A stretch of DNA of 55,411 nucleotides, filler included, from Sphacelaria rigidula (Eukaryota), in the NCBI GenBank assembly GCA_964200075.2. It is 4 parts of 4 records of this genome, joined end to end, with 100 filler letters (N's around TTAATTAATTAA, not from the genome) between each part and the next. Parts side by side here need not be neighbours in the genome. Positions count along the whole stretch, not along the records: positions 13,880 to 27,658 come from CAXNAA020002673.1; positions 27,759 to 41,535 come from CAXNAA020002674.1; 2 more parts are not named here. The stretch is one strand, 5' to 3'. Positions 25,229 through 39,200 of the stretch are shown piece after piece (positions within the stretch are counted from its first letter, which is position 1; each line of letters opens with the position of its first letter). The notes under the pieces were generated by a model. That model ran no database searches and was not told where the DNA came from. It worked only from the letters and a program-made list of their open reading frames with translations. The translations under genes were made by a program, and so were the position numbers.

Positions 25229-27658
25229 TTGGCGCAGGACTGGCTCCGTTCGCTCCATCGCACAGCATAGCAAAATCAGTAAAGTTATTTCTTGCCTAAC
25301 AAGCGGTCCCAGCAAGGTCAACGCGAGTCCATGCCCAACCTGTCCGAGATCAAGTGCACAAGTGCAAGTGAGGGATCATCGCGGGGGGAAACGACGAGAG
25401 AGTGGTGTACAGTCTACAGTAGTTGACCCCTCGATCGCCAGGGTAGGTTATCCGGGTATTTCACTTATTTTTTCAGTAAAAATGACACCGATTCAACAGA
25501 TGGCCCGCTCTGGATGTCAAAGGGTGACCGCCCCGGGATTAGGTTTCGAAGATTTATTGGTCGACAGTTCCGCGAGACGGTTTTCGGAGACGTAGATGGT
25601 AGATAGACGCCAGAAGGACAGGTTCGTTTGGCAGGAAAGATGCAAAAAAAAAAAAAATCAAAAGACGTACAGCAGGGTCTTGAAGTTTGCGATGGCTGAG
25701 CAAGGCAACTCCACCCTAGCCGTCCGTGTATCATTTCAGCTGTGAGTACTGCCGGGCTCGGGAGTGTGAGGGTGACGGTGCTGCCCACTCATGACAAGGC
25801 TGTTACTGTCGAAGCAAACGAGGACGGAGACTCGAGCGCTATGGTGGCGTAGGTGCTGGCAGAAGGGGTTTGTGACAGGGGCAAGCACATCGCTGCGGTT
25901 CCGTGCATGTTGCTTGTGCGTCAACTTGTGCTGACCCTGCGTAGTTGGGTGTAGGGGGGTGGTACGAAATCTGCCGCAGACCTCAAGATACAAAGTTAAA
26001 ACACCACTCGCCGCGCACTGGCCTTGCCTACAATACCTACGCCCCCCGCCAAACGCACCACACCATCCAGTTGCTCAACGTCAGCTGTCTGCTGGTTGAT
26101 TGTCGCACTTCACCTGACCCCAGAAACTGTCGAGCAATGCTACGGTATGGGTGCGCTTTTTGCGCAAAATCTTGTCTGGTTCAGGGGCTCCTAACGATTC
26201 TAGATGCATAAGAAATTGGTCAGGTTCAGGGCATCCCCGTTTGCAAATTTATTCAGGATATCCCTAGCACATTGGAAGAGTAATCCTCGCGTACTCTCAC
26301 ATATTTAATAACTCGTGTTTTGGATCAGATGTAAGCCTTCTAACAAGTCTAACCTCGGAAAATATTTGTGCACCCCTACCGTAACATCACCCTGTCTGTG
26401 TTGACCACATATATTTTCTACCCTCGGCGCGATAAGTTTACGATTGTCCTGAGATAGCAAAGCACTGCTGCTGGTCATGACTCATGCACGATAGAGTATG
26501 ACCCAAAAATATGCGTGGCAAATAGCCTTTTTTTTTTTCGTAGCTGCTGTCTTTTCACCGAAAACAACAAACTATTCTGAGCTTGCCAAACGGGTGTCCT
26601 TTTGGCGCCCATGACAGGATCAAGGTTCAAGCGCCAGAGTAGTGAACCGTCCGAACTAGGGGCCCCGGAGTTGGAGGGATTAGTGCTCTTATATCTTGTA
26701 ACGAACGCAGTACGGTGTAGGGTTTACGCGGACCCGTAGCCATTCTTTTTTTTCTTTTCCAAATCCATGGTTGGCATATATCTTCTTCAACAAGTGTGGG
26801 CCTAGGTATATATTGTGTCGAGTTCTGAGAAAAACGTGGGACGCGTCATGTTTGTAGTGTGTACATCTAGCTGCCCGCACGCGCCGTAGCGACGTTATTT
26901 TCTAATGGCTCACGTCTTTCCTGGGCAGAATTCATCCTCACCATGATATGGCGGGAAATTCGACAAAACTTGTACACGTCGGACAGCTTCTAAGCTACCG
27001 AAACTTGACATGTTTCCAGTATCCTGATCCGGATCATAAGTTAGCTGATTCAGCCCCTTTTTTTTCTCAATATCTTCCCCCTACAGCGCTGGGCGCCGGA
27101 CACGCGGAGTAGCGCAAAGGTATCGCTTTGGCTTCTCTGACCCCGCGGTCACGTATTCTGTGTTGTTGGACAACGGGTCTGAGAGTCCTTCGATGGCCAT
27201 TTGAGGTAGCTCATGGGCTGTCCAACGTGTGAAAAGTGGTAGTGTCGAGGGTATCTGCGAGTTATGCTGTTGCAGGTCTCAGAGTGTCTTGCCCAGAGCG
27301 TTAGCGTGCCTGTCGTGCCTGTAGAATACAAATGGCTGCCTTGACCACACGCGTGAAGGAGCGCAAGACAAAGTGATATGGTCGCGGTGACTTATCAGGT
27401 CCTAAGTTTTTTTTTGCTGAGATTGTTGGCTTGCGTAGCAACCCAGGACACGCAGAGGACATGTATGTGAAGGGAAAAGGTGCGTAAGTGTCCTTATCGC
27501 CAGCCGACGTCAAAGGTTACCTTTGTGAAGCTCATTTCGTCAAGAAACGTACGAGGAGGACCATAAATGACGAGGGGGGGGGGGGTCGGGGGGGGGGGGG
27601 TGCGGATATAACCACATGGAGGGGGAAAGCGTAGACTAACGAAAAAAAATTACGTTGG

Positions 27659-27758
27659 NNNNNNNNNNNNNNNNNNNNNNNNNNNNNNNNNNNNNNNNNN
27701 NNTTAATTAATTAANNNNNNNNNNNNNNNNNNNNNNNNNNNNNNNNNNNNNNNNNNNN
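27659..27758. other. Artificial contig linker N44-TTAATTAATTAA-N44
   Basis: Identical to the other linkers. Confidence 0.97.
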
Positions 27759-28431
27759 TCCCTGCTTGCACTGGGTCTGTATACATGTGTAACATCAGTC
27801 TCTGATATGCCACTGCAAAGAGATATCTCCCATGTAGTGTGACATATACCTGAACCAACCCTTGACCTCACCAGGAGGTTATAGTGTACCTTGACAGCTT
27901 AAACGTATGGCTGTCTGCTTTGCTGTCAGAACCCCAAATCTACGTCGGCAGAGCTCGTGTGCTTGGCTTGGCAGTGCTTGCCGCCCACCTGACGGCGCTG
28001 TTCGAAAGCAGGACTCCAGTGTAAGTCGCTAGGTTGCTGGAGCCTATACCTGGATGTGGTCCACGCGTGTCCACGGTGAAAATAGCACACATTTAGTGTA
28101 TTAAGGATCCACTTGTAACATTTAAGATGGGCGCGTGCCCATGTGAACCGCACCTGTAGCCTGGCATAATTAATCTATTATGCAGCAAAGATCGCTTGCG
28201 GTAAATGGCTACGCTCCCAAAACGGGGGGGCTAGGGGAGGCTAAAGAAAACGCAAGTGTTGCGTATTTGGAGGGAGGACTGGAACGAACAAACCCAACAA
28301 ACAGCCTAGCTGCAAGGTTATATTTGTCATGTGCCGCTCTTACCCTTTTCTAACCACGGCAAGTCATACATCTTTCCTCTTGTCTACCTCCGCAGCACAA
28401 AAAAACTAATCTCACCAACACCAGCAACAAG

Positions 28432-31400
28432 ATGGCGAGGATACCAGCGAGCGCGGTGATGATGCTTCTGTTGGGAATCGTGAGCGCCGTGGACAGGCCG
28501 GAAGTCATCGATTTGCCCATCGGGTTTAGACCAGAAGGCATCACAATCGGTCATCCGTGGGAAGCCTACGTAGGGTCCATTTTCCGTAAGTTTCGAAGGT
28601 CTCCATTGCTTCTGACGGCATTTTTTACCGTTGACCCGATGTTTCACTTTCACAGCCGAGAGCCAATTCCAGGCGGTTCTTGTGCTGGCGTCGAATGTCA
28701 ACGCCAAATGCTCGTTTATGAATGAGATAAATTTGTATCCAGAGACCCGAGCCAATAACACGCCCCGACCCGCCAGCGCCACATCTGCCGCAGTCGGCGT
28801 GCCCGGGCAGCCGTATCGCTGAGTTTCTTTGCTGCTTGATAAGTCATTTCTATACGTTTGCGTCTGAAAATGTAACACGCGATGTGCCTGATTCTTGCAC
28901 TTACTCACAAGCGAGTTCAAATGTATCCTTGATGCTCCCCGTGACTGCTTCCCTGGCCAGAGGGATCTATCTGGAAGGGAAATCTAAAAACTGGCGAGGG
29001 CAAAGTGGTACTGGACAGCTCGGGTTTGGGAATTCAGGCGGCTGGTCTTGACTACGACAAGAGAACGGACTATCTGTACGTCTCCGGCATTTTATCAGGG
29101 TTTTTTTCGTGTCCTCTCGTGTTAGGGCGGCACAGATCTTCCGAGGCGTAGTCGTGTACCGATCCACAAATGGGTCTGACATGAAGCGGTTGCACGGGTC
29201 GTAACAAAACATCTTATTCTGATTATGCCTGTGCCTGTCTTCGTGACATGGTGCACTGTGAGAAAAATTGTCATCAACGTTGATCCTCTAACCCTGGACC
29301 TATCCCTAACCCTAAGTATAAGCTACTGGAGAGATGAAGGGATGGCCTGAAGGTGTGATGATCATTGCGCCTAGAGGCACTGAACTTGGGCCGTAAGCAA
29401 GCGAAGGCCGTAACGACCTACACTGGAGCACGGTTCTCGAACAGCGCCGTCAAGTCTGCGGCACGCCCGGCCAACCCAAGCACACTAGCTCTAACGCAGT
29501 TCGGTTATAGACATCTTACCACAACACAGGAGACAGCCCTCTGCTCTATTAATGTACACAATGGCCTCTTGGTTGGGTTGAGGGTATGAGTAAGGTTTGG
29601 ATCGCCGTACTCCGGGGCAGGAACGTGTATCTTTCGCGTGAAACACTAGAATGAGGTGTCGCTTTCGGCAGATGAGAATTTCACCGCTGATAGTGAAAAG
29701 TCGGGATTCGGGAACAGCGCTGCGGGAACGAAGTATGAAAACAAGCGTCGCTGAGGCTTTTGTTGCCGCCATCCGATAGTCGACTGCTCTGGCTAATGGC
29801 ATGGCAGCACACTGATGGGAAAACTTCGTTGAGGTTGTACGTATTCTTGGCCTCTGAAATGCTTCAGTTATTTCTGATGGTTATGTTTTTGTTGAAATAA
29901 GATAACGTAAATTGAAGCTTGAGGACCATTATTATCGACACTATTTTTTGGAAATCTCCGAAATTTTCGGGTTGGCAAGGTACCTGATGATTCTCGAATG
30001 CTTGCGAGCGCCACGGCGTATTGACAAGGCACTCTCCGGAGTCCTGCCTTGCAATCCAAATCTTTCGGACTATTAAAAAAATGAAGCCTCAGAGGTTGAA
30101 ACAAGCAGCTTCATTCTCGGAGAAGTCCAAACGCAAAGTCCGAAAACTCTGAAAATTTCTGAGATCTCTGAAAGAAAACAGTGCAGATAATAGTGGGTCT
30201 TGCAGCAGAATGTGGTACAACTTGTGATCAATAACCGTTTACTGTAACGCAGTTCTGGCCATCACCTAGGGTAAGAAGATACTCGGCACATTCTGAATGA
30301 ATAGTATGTCACATAGTTGATCGTGGTAGGATACTGTGGCTAAGCAACTGGGATACATACCTTGCAGCAGATCTATTGTAGAAGCTGACGCGACTAAGAC
30401 GTGAGCAATAGGTTGAATCTGTTGATGAAATCTGACTCGACGTAAGTCCGCTGACGCAGAGGTGTTCGGTACTTCGCGAAAAATGGCAGCTTGGGGGGGG
30501 GGGGGTTTTCACCTTCCTCTTCTCTCCTCACTCTCCGAACAGTTCTCTGATTCCAGGGAAGACTGTGTTTTATTATTTTTCAACCAAATGAGCGTCCGTG
30601 AGCACTACTTGCACGTTTCCCTTTACTGCAGGAGCAAGTGAGCCACACAGCCACTATACAACCTTTGCAACCTTTTCCACTGAGATAAGAGGTCTGTCCC
30701 CTCACGGTACCACACCACACCAGCATTCCAACAGCTCTGCCTCACTACTACCCTCGACGGAGGTGGGCCCATTCTCTAGCCCGCCTCACGTAGCTAGCTA
30801 GCACCAGATTCGATCTCAGAACAACACCTCTCGAATACTTTCATCTACCGAAAATATGCGTGCCCTTCTCCTTCTCGTTCCCTTTGTCTCTCGCATGCAC
30901 CAGGCACGGGTCGCATTTACGACCGTGATTTCAACCTGGTTCTAAATGTCGAACTCGACGTCAGCGGCGGCGCATTGATCAATGACGTGGTCGTGGCGGA
31001 CGAGTTTGCCTACTTCACAGACTCGAACAAGACGCAGTTTTACTCGGTGAGAAAACGGTGTTCAGACACGACGAGTCATGCTACGAAAGGGGGCGGGGTG
31101 CTTTGACCCATTTCTTCCGGAATATTCCACTTCGAATCGTCATTGAAAGAACCAACGGTAAGTTACTCATATTCATTATGTATACTGCTTGGCACCATTT
31201 TACCGCAGTACAAGCGCACTGCGAGAGTGTTGGGTCGTCTGACACACCATTGGGCCCTTTTCTTTGTAAAATCAACGCCCCGCTAATTATAATCAGCGTG
31301 ACTCCGAGCGGTGAGCATGGAAAGAGATGTGTCGAGATAAGGGTCAAGTGGAAGGCACATCAAGATGCCCCGCCTGTACGCAAAGATGATTCAAAATCGT

Positions 31401-33349
31401 GCAGTCGAGCTAGTTATCAAGACGTGAACATGGGAGTTGGTGGTTCCAGACATGCGCACATGTACGTGATGGAGATTATGGAACGTGCGCGCTGGAGAGA
31501 TTCTATACACATGTCTGAGGAGGCATGTTCGATGAAGTACGTGAGGTGTATAAAGCGATTACGAGCACGGGATTTCTACAGATGTGTGTGACAGGGAATT
31601 GAACAGATGAACGTGAAAGATACGTCATTGGTCTACCTGAGAGGAAGGGAGAGAATCGTCTTCCAGGGGCTCAAGTTGGTGTGGGTATTGGAACGTCATC
31701 AGAGACAAAAATGGAGCGTCGAACAAGTGCGATGGTGGACAGTAATAGAAGCAAATCGCAAAGAGATCAGTGTAATGACTGTACTGCGCACAGCACACAC
31801 ATATATACATATTTTTTCTCGTACTTTATGTCCCGTTCTCTTCAGGGCTAGGTTTTTATTTAAAAGGATCAACTCGTGTATCGTTTGGTACGATGTATTA
31901 TCAAACACTGGTCGAAAAGGCCGCCGCCCATCGACGTTTCATCGACACATTCTCTTGTTGTCATTTCATGTGCTCACGTGTATGGACGACACGAACCAGA
32001 CAAAAAAATATACCTGTCGAAGCATTCAATACGCCTAAAATATTGTTGGTGTATCAAGCTGATCACGGGGCCAAAGCCACATACCGGAACACATTGCGGT
32101 TTACACAGAACGGTTCACACAGAAAACATCAAGGAACGTCTATTCGCTCGTGTCATGCCACAACTTGTGCAGGTACCACTGAAGCCCAATGGTGAGCTTT
32201 TGAATGGGAACGCGACGGTTGCAACAGCCATTCCTCTCGGCCCCGGGTTTGATTTTATCGAAGGAGCTGTCAACGCGAACGGTATCGTTGTAAGTTCTCC
32301 ATGCTTAGTTTCGTTGCAATTTGACTCTTGACTTTGAGCGCCAAGCGTTTATTACTGACGCTACTATAGTAGCATCATCGTGTCCAGTGTTTTTGTGCTC
32401 GTATGATTCGCCGCTTTTTCTCAGTGAACACGAAGAGTTGGTGTCGATCATTTTTGTGCAAGTTCTAGGCATAGATCATATGCCCGTGTTCCGTCCCTGT
32501 TGCTTTTGTGAAGATGTCCCCACTAAGTCAGCGCTACCCGCAAGTTGGGTTTTGAAACTGTTCCAATCGCGTTCTTGGTCAGGCATCTGACGATGGTTCG
32601 AAGCTGATAATCGCAAACTCCGCCGCATCTGCGCTTTACCTTGTGGATTCAAGCACCGGCGATGCCTCCCGTGTTGACCTGGGGACGAGCTCATTTTCGG
32701 CAGATGGACTGGTGAGATAAGGATTACTATGCTCCACGCGCATTGTTCGTTCACGTAAAGAGAAACTGAACCTCTTCCTTGATGGCGGAGGTAGCCCAGT
32801 CGAGATCATCTTTATTTTTTGTCGTCTTCTTTGTACACCAAACGCGGATGAAAACACTCTCGCCAGACGCATGGCCGTCGAACGGGTCAACGATAGACAA
32901 GATGCTGTGATTCCGAGAGGCTTCAACCAAGGGCTGAGTTGTGTGCAACATACCGTAACCGCCAATGAAAGTCTTCGCCCTAGCCTTTGGTTTCAAGTAG
33001 GTGTGATCGTTGGTCATCACCCGGAACTCGGAAATCGATGATCCCTGAACACACCACTACCTATGAGTGAATCGTATTTGAATCTTCGCATCTTTGCTCT
33101 CTTTGTCTCCGCACTCACATCATGTGCTCTCCTTTCACCTTCCCCTGGTCCTTGAGGTAAGCTAATCCCCCCTGTCTTGCTCGCCCTTCACTCTCTCTTT
33201 CTCTTAATAAAAATGACAACATCACGCTACAGCTGAGGCGTCGCAATACGCTGTGGGCGGCCTCAAATGGCGTCGGTGGTTCGATCTCAAACGGCGACAT
33301 TGATTTGGTCTCAAGCCGCGTCCTGGAAGGACCGCAGGCAATTTTCGAG
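28432..33349 (+). CDS. Spliced gene: secreted SMP-30/gluconolactonase/LRE-like beta-propeller protein; 3' end unresolved, possibly pseudogenised
   Basis: Exons 28432-28585, 28961-29098, 30904-31046, 32173-32289, 32583-32711 and 33233-33349 give 266 codons. After a signal peptide the protein reads EVIDLPIGFRPEGITIG..YVGSIFQGSIWKGNLKTGEGKV..GLDYDKRTDYLYVSG..GRIYD..LINDVVV..AYFTDS..VPL..NANGIVASDDGSKLIIANS..LYLVD..TGDASRVDLG..ADGL..NTLW. The phase-correct exon-2 donor reads GG, not GT. Confidence 0.8.
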
Positions 33350-33886
33350 GTATGCACGGTACAGATGAGGAGAAGTGCAGGCGAACGAGCGTGCCAATCC
33401 AAGGCGATATTTTAGTATGATATGATTGTGTAAAGTTGAGAGATGTGTCGTGTGGCCGTTGTGCGCATCCTCCCCGTGCACATTTCATAACGGAGCAAGA
33501 CCATTTTCACGAAAGATTTGGATGGGTTGAGCAGACGACCGACCTGCGTGGGGCGCAGCATCGACGTGCTTTCATATTTTCTTCGATGGTCACCCGCTAG
33601 CTTGGTACAAAGTTTCATCTGGACATTCTCTCCATATCTCAGCCCTGAACCCCAACCGTAGAGCTTCCGAAATGGGACCACGGAGCCATCCTGGTCCGAC
33701 TGAATCGCAGTGGTTAGTGTGCTTATTCTCGGACCGTTCCGGTTGGTGCCTGGCACCGAACCGGACTTGCCCCGATTTCAGAACCGTTCCCCCGCATAGC
33801 GTGTACTGAGCCGTGTGGCTCCTACCAGGCTGGTCGTTTGTACGTCCGAGAATGTATGTATGAGATCCAAGTCCGACACATGATTT

Positions 33887-33887
<1 letters not shown>

Positions 33888-33926
<39 letters not shown>
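33888..33926 (+). repeat. (CA)n microsatellite at the inner end of the left LTR
   Basis: Seen directly. Confidence 0.95.
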
Positions 33927-33928
<2 letters not shown>

Positions 33929-34976
33929 GTGATCATTTAGCGGCGACACTGGGGAGTTGAAACGATCAGATCCAACGTGGAAAAACAGAGTTCGCGAAAT
34001 CGAAAACAGATGGCTTCCTAATCTGCTTCGTGAGGATGTCCGCGCACTGCTCGCTCGTCGGTACGTACTGTGCGGTGAACAGCTTTGTTACGACGTGTTC
34101 TCGCGAGGATATCAGCTTCATGTCCACGTGTCTCGTGCGCTCGTTGAACCCGATGATCGTAACCGCCTGGATGGCGCCACAAATATCGAAAAGTCACGAG
34201 GTGGTGTATTGTGAAAGTCCTGCCCCTTCTACGATGCCACGGATACATAATCAATGACTCATACCCCTCCCTGTACCATGACCGCCCACTCTAATTCTCA
34301 AGAAAAAAGAGTGACGGAGGCCTATAGTTCAGTGGCAGGAGGAGGACCGTGATGCTCTTGCGTGTTTCGGCATCGTTTGCCCAGGCCGAGTCCACATAAC
34401 CCACCAGCGCCTTCTCAATCTCATACTTGCCAATATGATACCGCAAGCAGATGCCGAGGGTACCAGCTAGATAGCGGAGGATGTGCTATAGTCCTCGCCA
34501 GTGTCGTAGCCAGGAACAGGCGGCCCGGTGCCCTAGCTCTTGAACACCATGGGAGAAATCGGATGGTGTCATTCCTTCGAGGACGTCAGCATTACGCGAA
34601 TCGTCGCATACCAGAACTCGGAGGAGTCGAGCTCCTCTTCGCATGTGCCCAATTTTCCATGTGCCGAAACGTCGAGCTGCGGAGAGATTTCCTCTCGTTT
34701 CACAATTGCCTGTCGAGCTCACGAATGCGAAGATCGATGCTCTCTGCATCTCCTTTTGGACAGGACGCGCCTCTGTGCGCTGAAGAACATGTCGTTGAGA
34801 AACAGGGTAATGCTTCCGTCACCGCTACTACTGTTCTCTGTTACACACATCTCCTTTCCGCCCTGACTGGTCCATGCCGGGGTCGAGAAGTATCTATATT
34901 ATCTACACTTCTATCGGGTGCATGCCTTCAACGACGATGCTATCGGCATCAGCGCGTTGATCGAGAATGATGCTAT

Positions 34977-36223
34977 CACGGTTCGAATAAAGTCGTGATC
35001 CAACCCATGTCCAGTACTAGTAGAATCATACGATTCGTAAACATATTGTGAGTCATGCACATTCTGTGATCGCGGTTCCTGCGACACTACTTGGACGGTA
35101 CACATTCCCAGTTCGTGATTCGTGCCTTACACCGTCTCAAGTATGTGTTCTTCACCTTTCATTCGTTCGTGGTAAATCAAGGTAGGTGCTTCCCACCTTC
35201 CATTCATATAGCATGAATCATACGTACGTGATGCCCACTTTCCTTTCATGAGTGATTAATCATGTGTACATGCTTTCCACTTTCCATTCATACGAGATAA
35301 ATCGTGAGGACATGTTTCCCACTTGTCATTTCATGGGGCGCGAATCGTCGGGCACGATCGTTTTGTGGCGTAGAAGGGGGATAAGAGCGTGAAGGTCGCG
35401 AACCCCTTTAGAGCCACATCTACAATGAACCCAAATTCAAATATTATTCTCACAAGGACGCAACACATCCAATTTAATAGTACTATACACGCGTCTGCGT
35501 GTGTTGGCAAGTACGTCGGCGGCCTCTGTGGTTCATGTTGTATTCTGAGGTACCGTTTTGGCCTAAACACACTTTGTATAGCACCACGAAGACCTGCGAA
35601 GATGGCACTAGCATGAATCATCCCCGCATGTTGATGGGAGCTTTCGGGAAAACTTCGGCAGCGTACACTGCAGTCCATAGAAAGTACGGTACAGTACAGC
35701 ACAGCATCGCACTGTCCGAACAGCGGACAACAGACAACAGTAGTACTAAACCTTCCATTCATACAGTATGAATCAGAGGTACGTATTTCCCCTCCTTCAT
35801 TCATGCAGTATGCATCACATCTATACACTTTTCACTCTCCATTCATGCGAGATTTATCGAGTACGTGCAGATGCTTCCCACCCTTCATTCATGCAGCATG
35901 AATCCCTTGTACATGTTCCCCCCATTCCCTTTATACGAGGTAAATCGAGTACACGTGTTCTCCATCTGCGATGCCTGCGATATTAATAAACTGTGCATGC
36001 TTCTTACAAGTGATTCGTGCAGGAACTGTGATTCGTACATATTTTGTACCCTTGATTTATGTGGCTCTACTTGAAGTGCACACATTCTCAATTCGTGATT
36101 CGTGCGGTACGAGCTTGAACGTACTGCTTTGTCATTCGTGATTTATACCGCATGACTTCTTGGGGTATGATTCAACGTTCATGGAGAATTATCCCGTGTG
36201 AATGCTGATTCGTCCGAACCATG
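34977..36223. mobile_element. Non-autonomous hAT-like TIR element (1,247 bp) nested in the Copia RT
   Basis: Perfect 8-bp TSD GATGCTAT at 34969-34976 and 36224-36231. Ends are CACGGTTCG and CGAACCATG. Excision restores the RT peptide VTVTHDSIILDQR. The interior has degenerate ~42-bp CCTTCCATTCAT...AATC repeats. Confidence 0.85.
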
Positions 36224-39200
36224 GATGCTATCATGGGTCACAGTGACGCCGACGCCGAAAAGCTTGTCGGGCACGCCCAGGTCCCTGCCCTTGCATTTCG
36301 CCAGAAGGCATATCCGCATGCGCAGGACCTCTTCGGTGTAGTTACCGGAGAACACGACATCGTCTAAGTAGGTAACCACAACAACAATACCCCCATTTTT
36401 GGGCTGACGGCAATAGAGGAATTCGTCGTAGTGGGTGCTGCGCCAGTCTTCGGGGAGTATCGTGCTTGTCCGCCTTGACGCCCCCTTGTCGGACAGCTCT
36501 AGCCAGACGTCTCCTAGGAGCGGCGTATTCGGGTACGCCTGCGTGAAATCCGGCATTCCAGCCCACCAATTCTGCAGAGCGGCTGTCGCCAGAACAGTGC
36601 GCATGGCGTCTCGAAGAAATCGATTCCCTTGCGATGGGGAAGGTTAAACCCGCAAGCACAAGTCGGGTCTCATATTTCTTTACTGCTCCGTCGGCCGTGT
36701 GCTTGATGTCGTGTACGAACCGTGTCTTGACAGGCATCTTATCGTGTTGTGAGTTTCCGTCGGTGAACTTGCCCTATTTCCGGAGGCCTTCATTTTCCTC
36801 GATGACCACCTTTCATCTGCCGGCATCTTGCCCTACCATGGATTTTTGTTGCGGTCGACGGCTGCTGAAGTCGACTGGCAATTGTGCTCACTAGCCGGAG
36901 AATGTAAAATGCGTCTCCGTCCTGACTTTCTAGGAGACAGACGATAAAAATTCCGTCATAGGAACTGCTGTCATCAGAACTCCTCAGGCGAGGCTCACAA
37001 CCTGTGCACTGGTGAGGTTGCTATCCGCCCGACGCCGTTGCGCTAGTCGATTGGATCTGCGCAGTCCACTGTTCGGAGAAGAGCGCTTTGATGATTTCGG
37101 GTTTTGTGACGGCTGTCCACCCGGGTTGTCATCGCCCTCGATTTGTTCTGCTTCTTTTTTCCCGATGGTTCGTCCTCGTCGTCACTCCGGTCGACAGCCT
37201 TCAGCTCCCCCATGATGTCGAGGGCATTTACCTCTGATTAGACCGTGAAATGTGAAGACTTCACGAGCTTGGAGTCCTACATTAGCCATACACACCAGAA
37301 TGGCGAAAAACGGTTATGTCCGGCCACGATCCCACGCTTCGCGTACGGGTGGAACTGAGAGCTCGTCCCACGTTGTCGTTGGTGTAAATGCTCAAAGCAC
37401 TCCGCTCCACACATGCGGAGTCGATCGGTCTTGAACGGCTTCCCTGTAAGCCGCTCGCATGGGGGCTCAGCTGGTCGCTGGGCTTTCGTGTGGTCTTGAA
37501 TGCCGCGTCAGCCACAGCGGAGAACCAATTGTCCTTTCGGCGCTCCGCTTCGACCAACTGGCTACGTGTTATTCTAATCAGTTTGTTGAATTACACGTTC
37601 AGTTTCTCCGTTTCGATGCGATGTCCTTGGCGGTGAGCAGGACCACTTTACCCCGCAATTGGCCAGCATGCTCTAAAATTTTACAGACCGTTCGAGTTAT
37701 CCAGCGCTGTCTCCGCCGATGCATTTGATGGAATTTTTCCTACGGGCTATTCTGTCGATGTAGACTCCGGTGGCATGAGTGCAGCATTTCGCGTCTTGAG
37801 TCCAGAAACATGCTTGTCTCGACTGGCCTCGTTTACGAAAACTGGAAAGTATTTGAATGCCCATGACATCGGCGTGGAAAGGCCCTCCAAGGTTGGTGTG
37901 CACGACTTCATCTGGTGTTTTGGGATGTCTGCTGTTACAACCATAGCTGAGAGCTTCGGACTTCATTTCCATGCAGATGCTGCAGAGTATTTCGAAGGCC
38001 ACCGTGGTATGAACTACATCGATCAGACCGCGTGTTTTCAGGTACTTTCATGGCAGCAGGATCGATGTGTCCTGAGATGTCGTGCCATCGGTTCAGTATG
38101 AGGTGCGTCTTATTTGCAAATGAAGCGTGCACCGACGTCGCATTTTTGCCGTTCCCCTGCACGAATGCCGACAGGGTCAGGAACTTTATTACCGGTTAGG
38201 ACGATATTTGGTCCTATCGCTTCTGAACCGATGGCAGATCTCCTTTCTACGGTAGTCCACAACCTCTCCTCCGGTACTAGGCAAGCCCAAGGGTAGTTCC
38301 GGGACCCAAAATACGTCCTTCGATGTGACCTTTGCCGGAGTCTCCTTGCCCCGAATATCTGCATCTGATGAGACCTCTCCCATTGCCAGTGCCTGCAGTT
38401 GCCCCTTGTTGCCAAACGGAGAGCTTTGACGGTGCTCCTGAAATGCTCTCATTCTAGGAAGGCATGGAAATATGCGCTCCCGGGTTAAAGAGAATCGATA
38501 CCTCTGGATAATCGTTGCCAACGTGAACATGAATATTTTTCGATGTTTGTCGAAAACTTGCTCGTCTTCGACTGTCAAGATTATGGTCATGAATGTCCTT
38601 AGTATATCCTTCCTCTCATTACTTCTGCTGTTTTGTAGAGGAGGGGAACTTTCAAGCAGAGCTCATTCTCGGCGGTCGTTTAGCCAAACGTCGGCCGCTG
38701 AGGTAGAAACGGCATTCCCGTCATCAATAACTTGGCTTCAAAGAGGACGCGTCTTGATTGCCATAGAGCCCCGAGTCGGCTTTATTGCCGTCACTTCTCG
38801 ATTGGATTGCAACCGCTTCGTCGCGGTACTCCACGTCTGATGTAAGGTATGTGGCTGAGGCCAAGACTGCTGACGTCAGCTGATCGCACGTCATACCTGG
38901 CGTGTCGTTGCTTGAATGAACGCCTGGAGGAGCGCCTCCTTAATCCCGATCAGGAGGGCTGTCCTCTTCGACTCCTCTGCTGCGGCATTCCCAAGCGCCT
39001 CCAGTTCCCCCCCGGGTGGTGTCCAGCTTCACCATAGAATCTGCTCATTCATCTGCGGAGTTTCACATGAGATATCGGATTCTTCGTTCGATGCAAGTAG
39101 TGTCACCTCCGCACGTCTTGTGCACGTCCTCCGTAGATCCGTTCGAGCTCCAGCCAGGCTTGCCTGCCGTCGTGGATGCTACCGTCCTCGCATCGTGCGA

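Noticed and set aside
25640..27520. Possible exons at the right end of contig 2
   Set aside because: I found no phase-consistent chain or recognisable protein motif.
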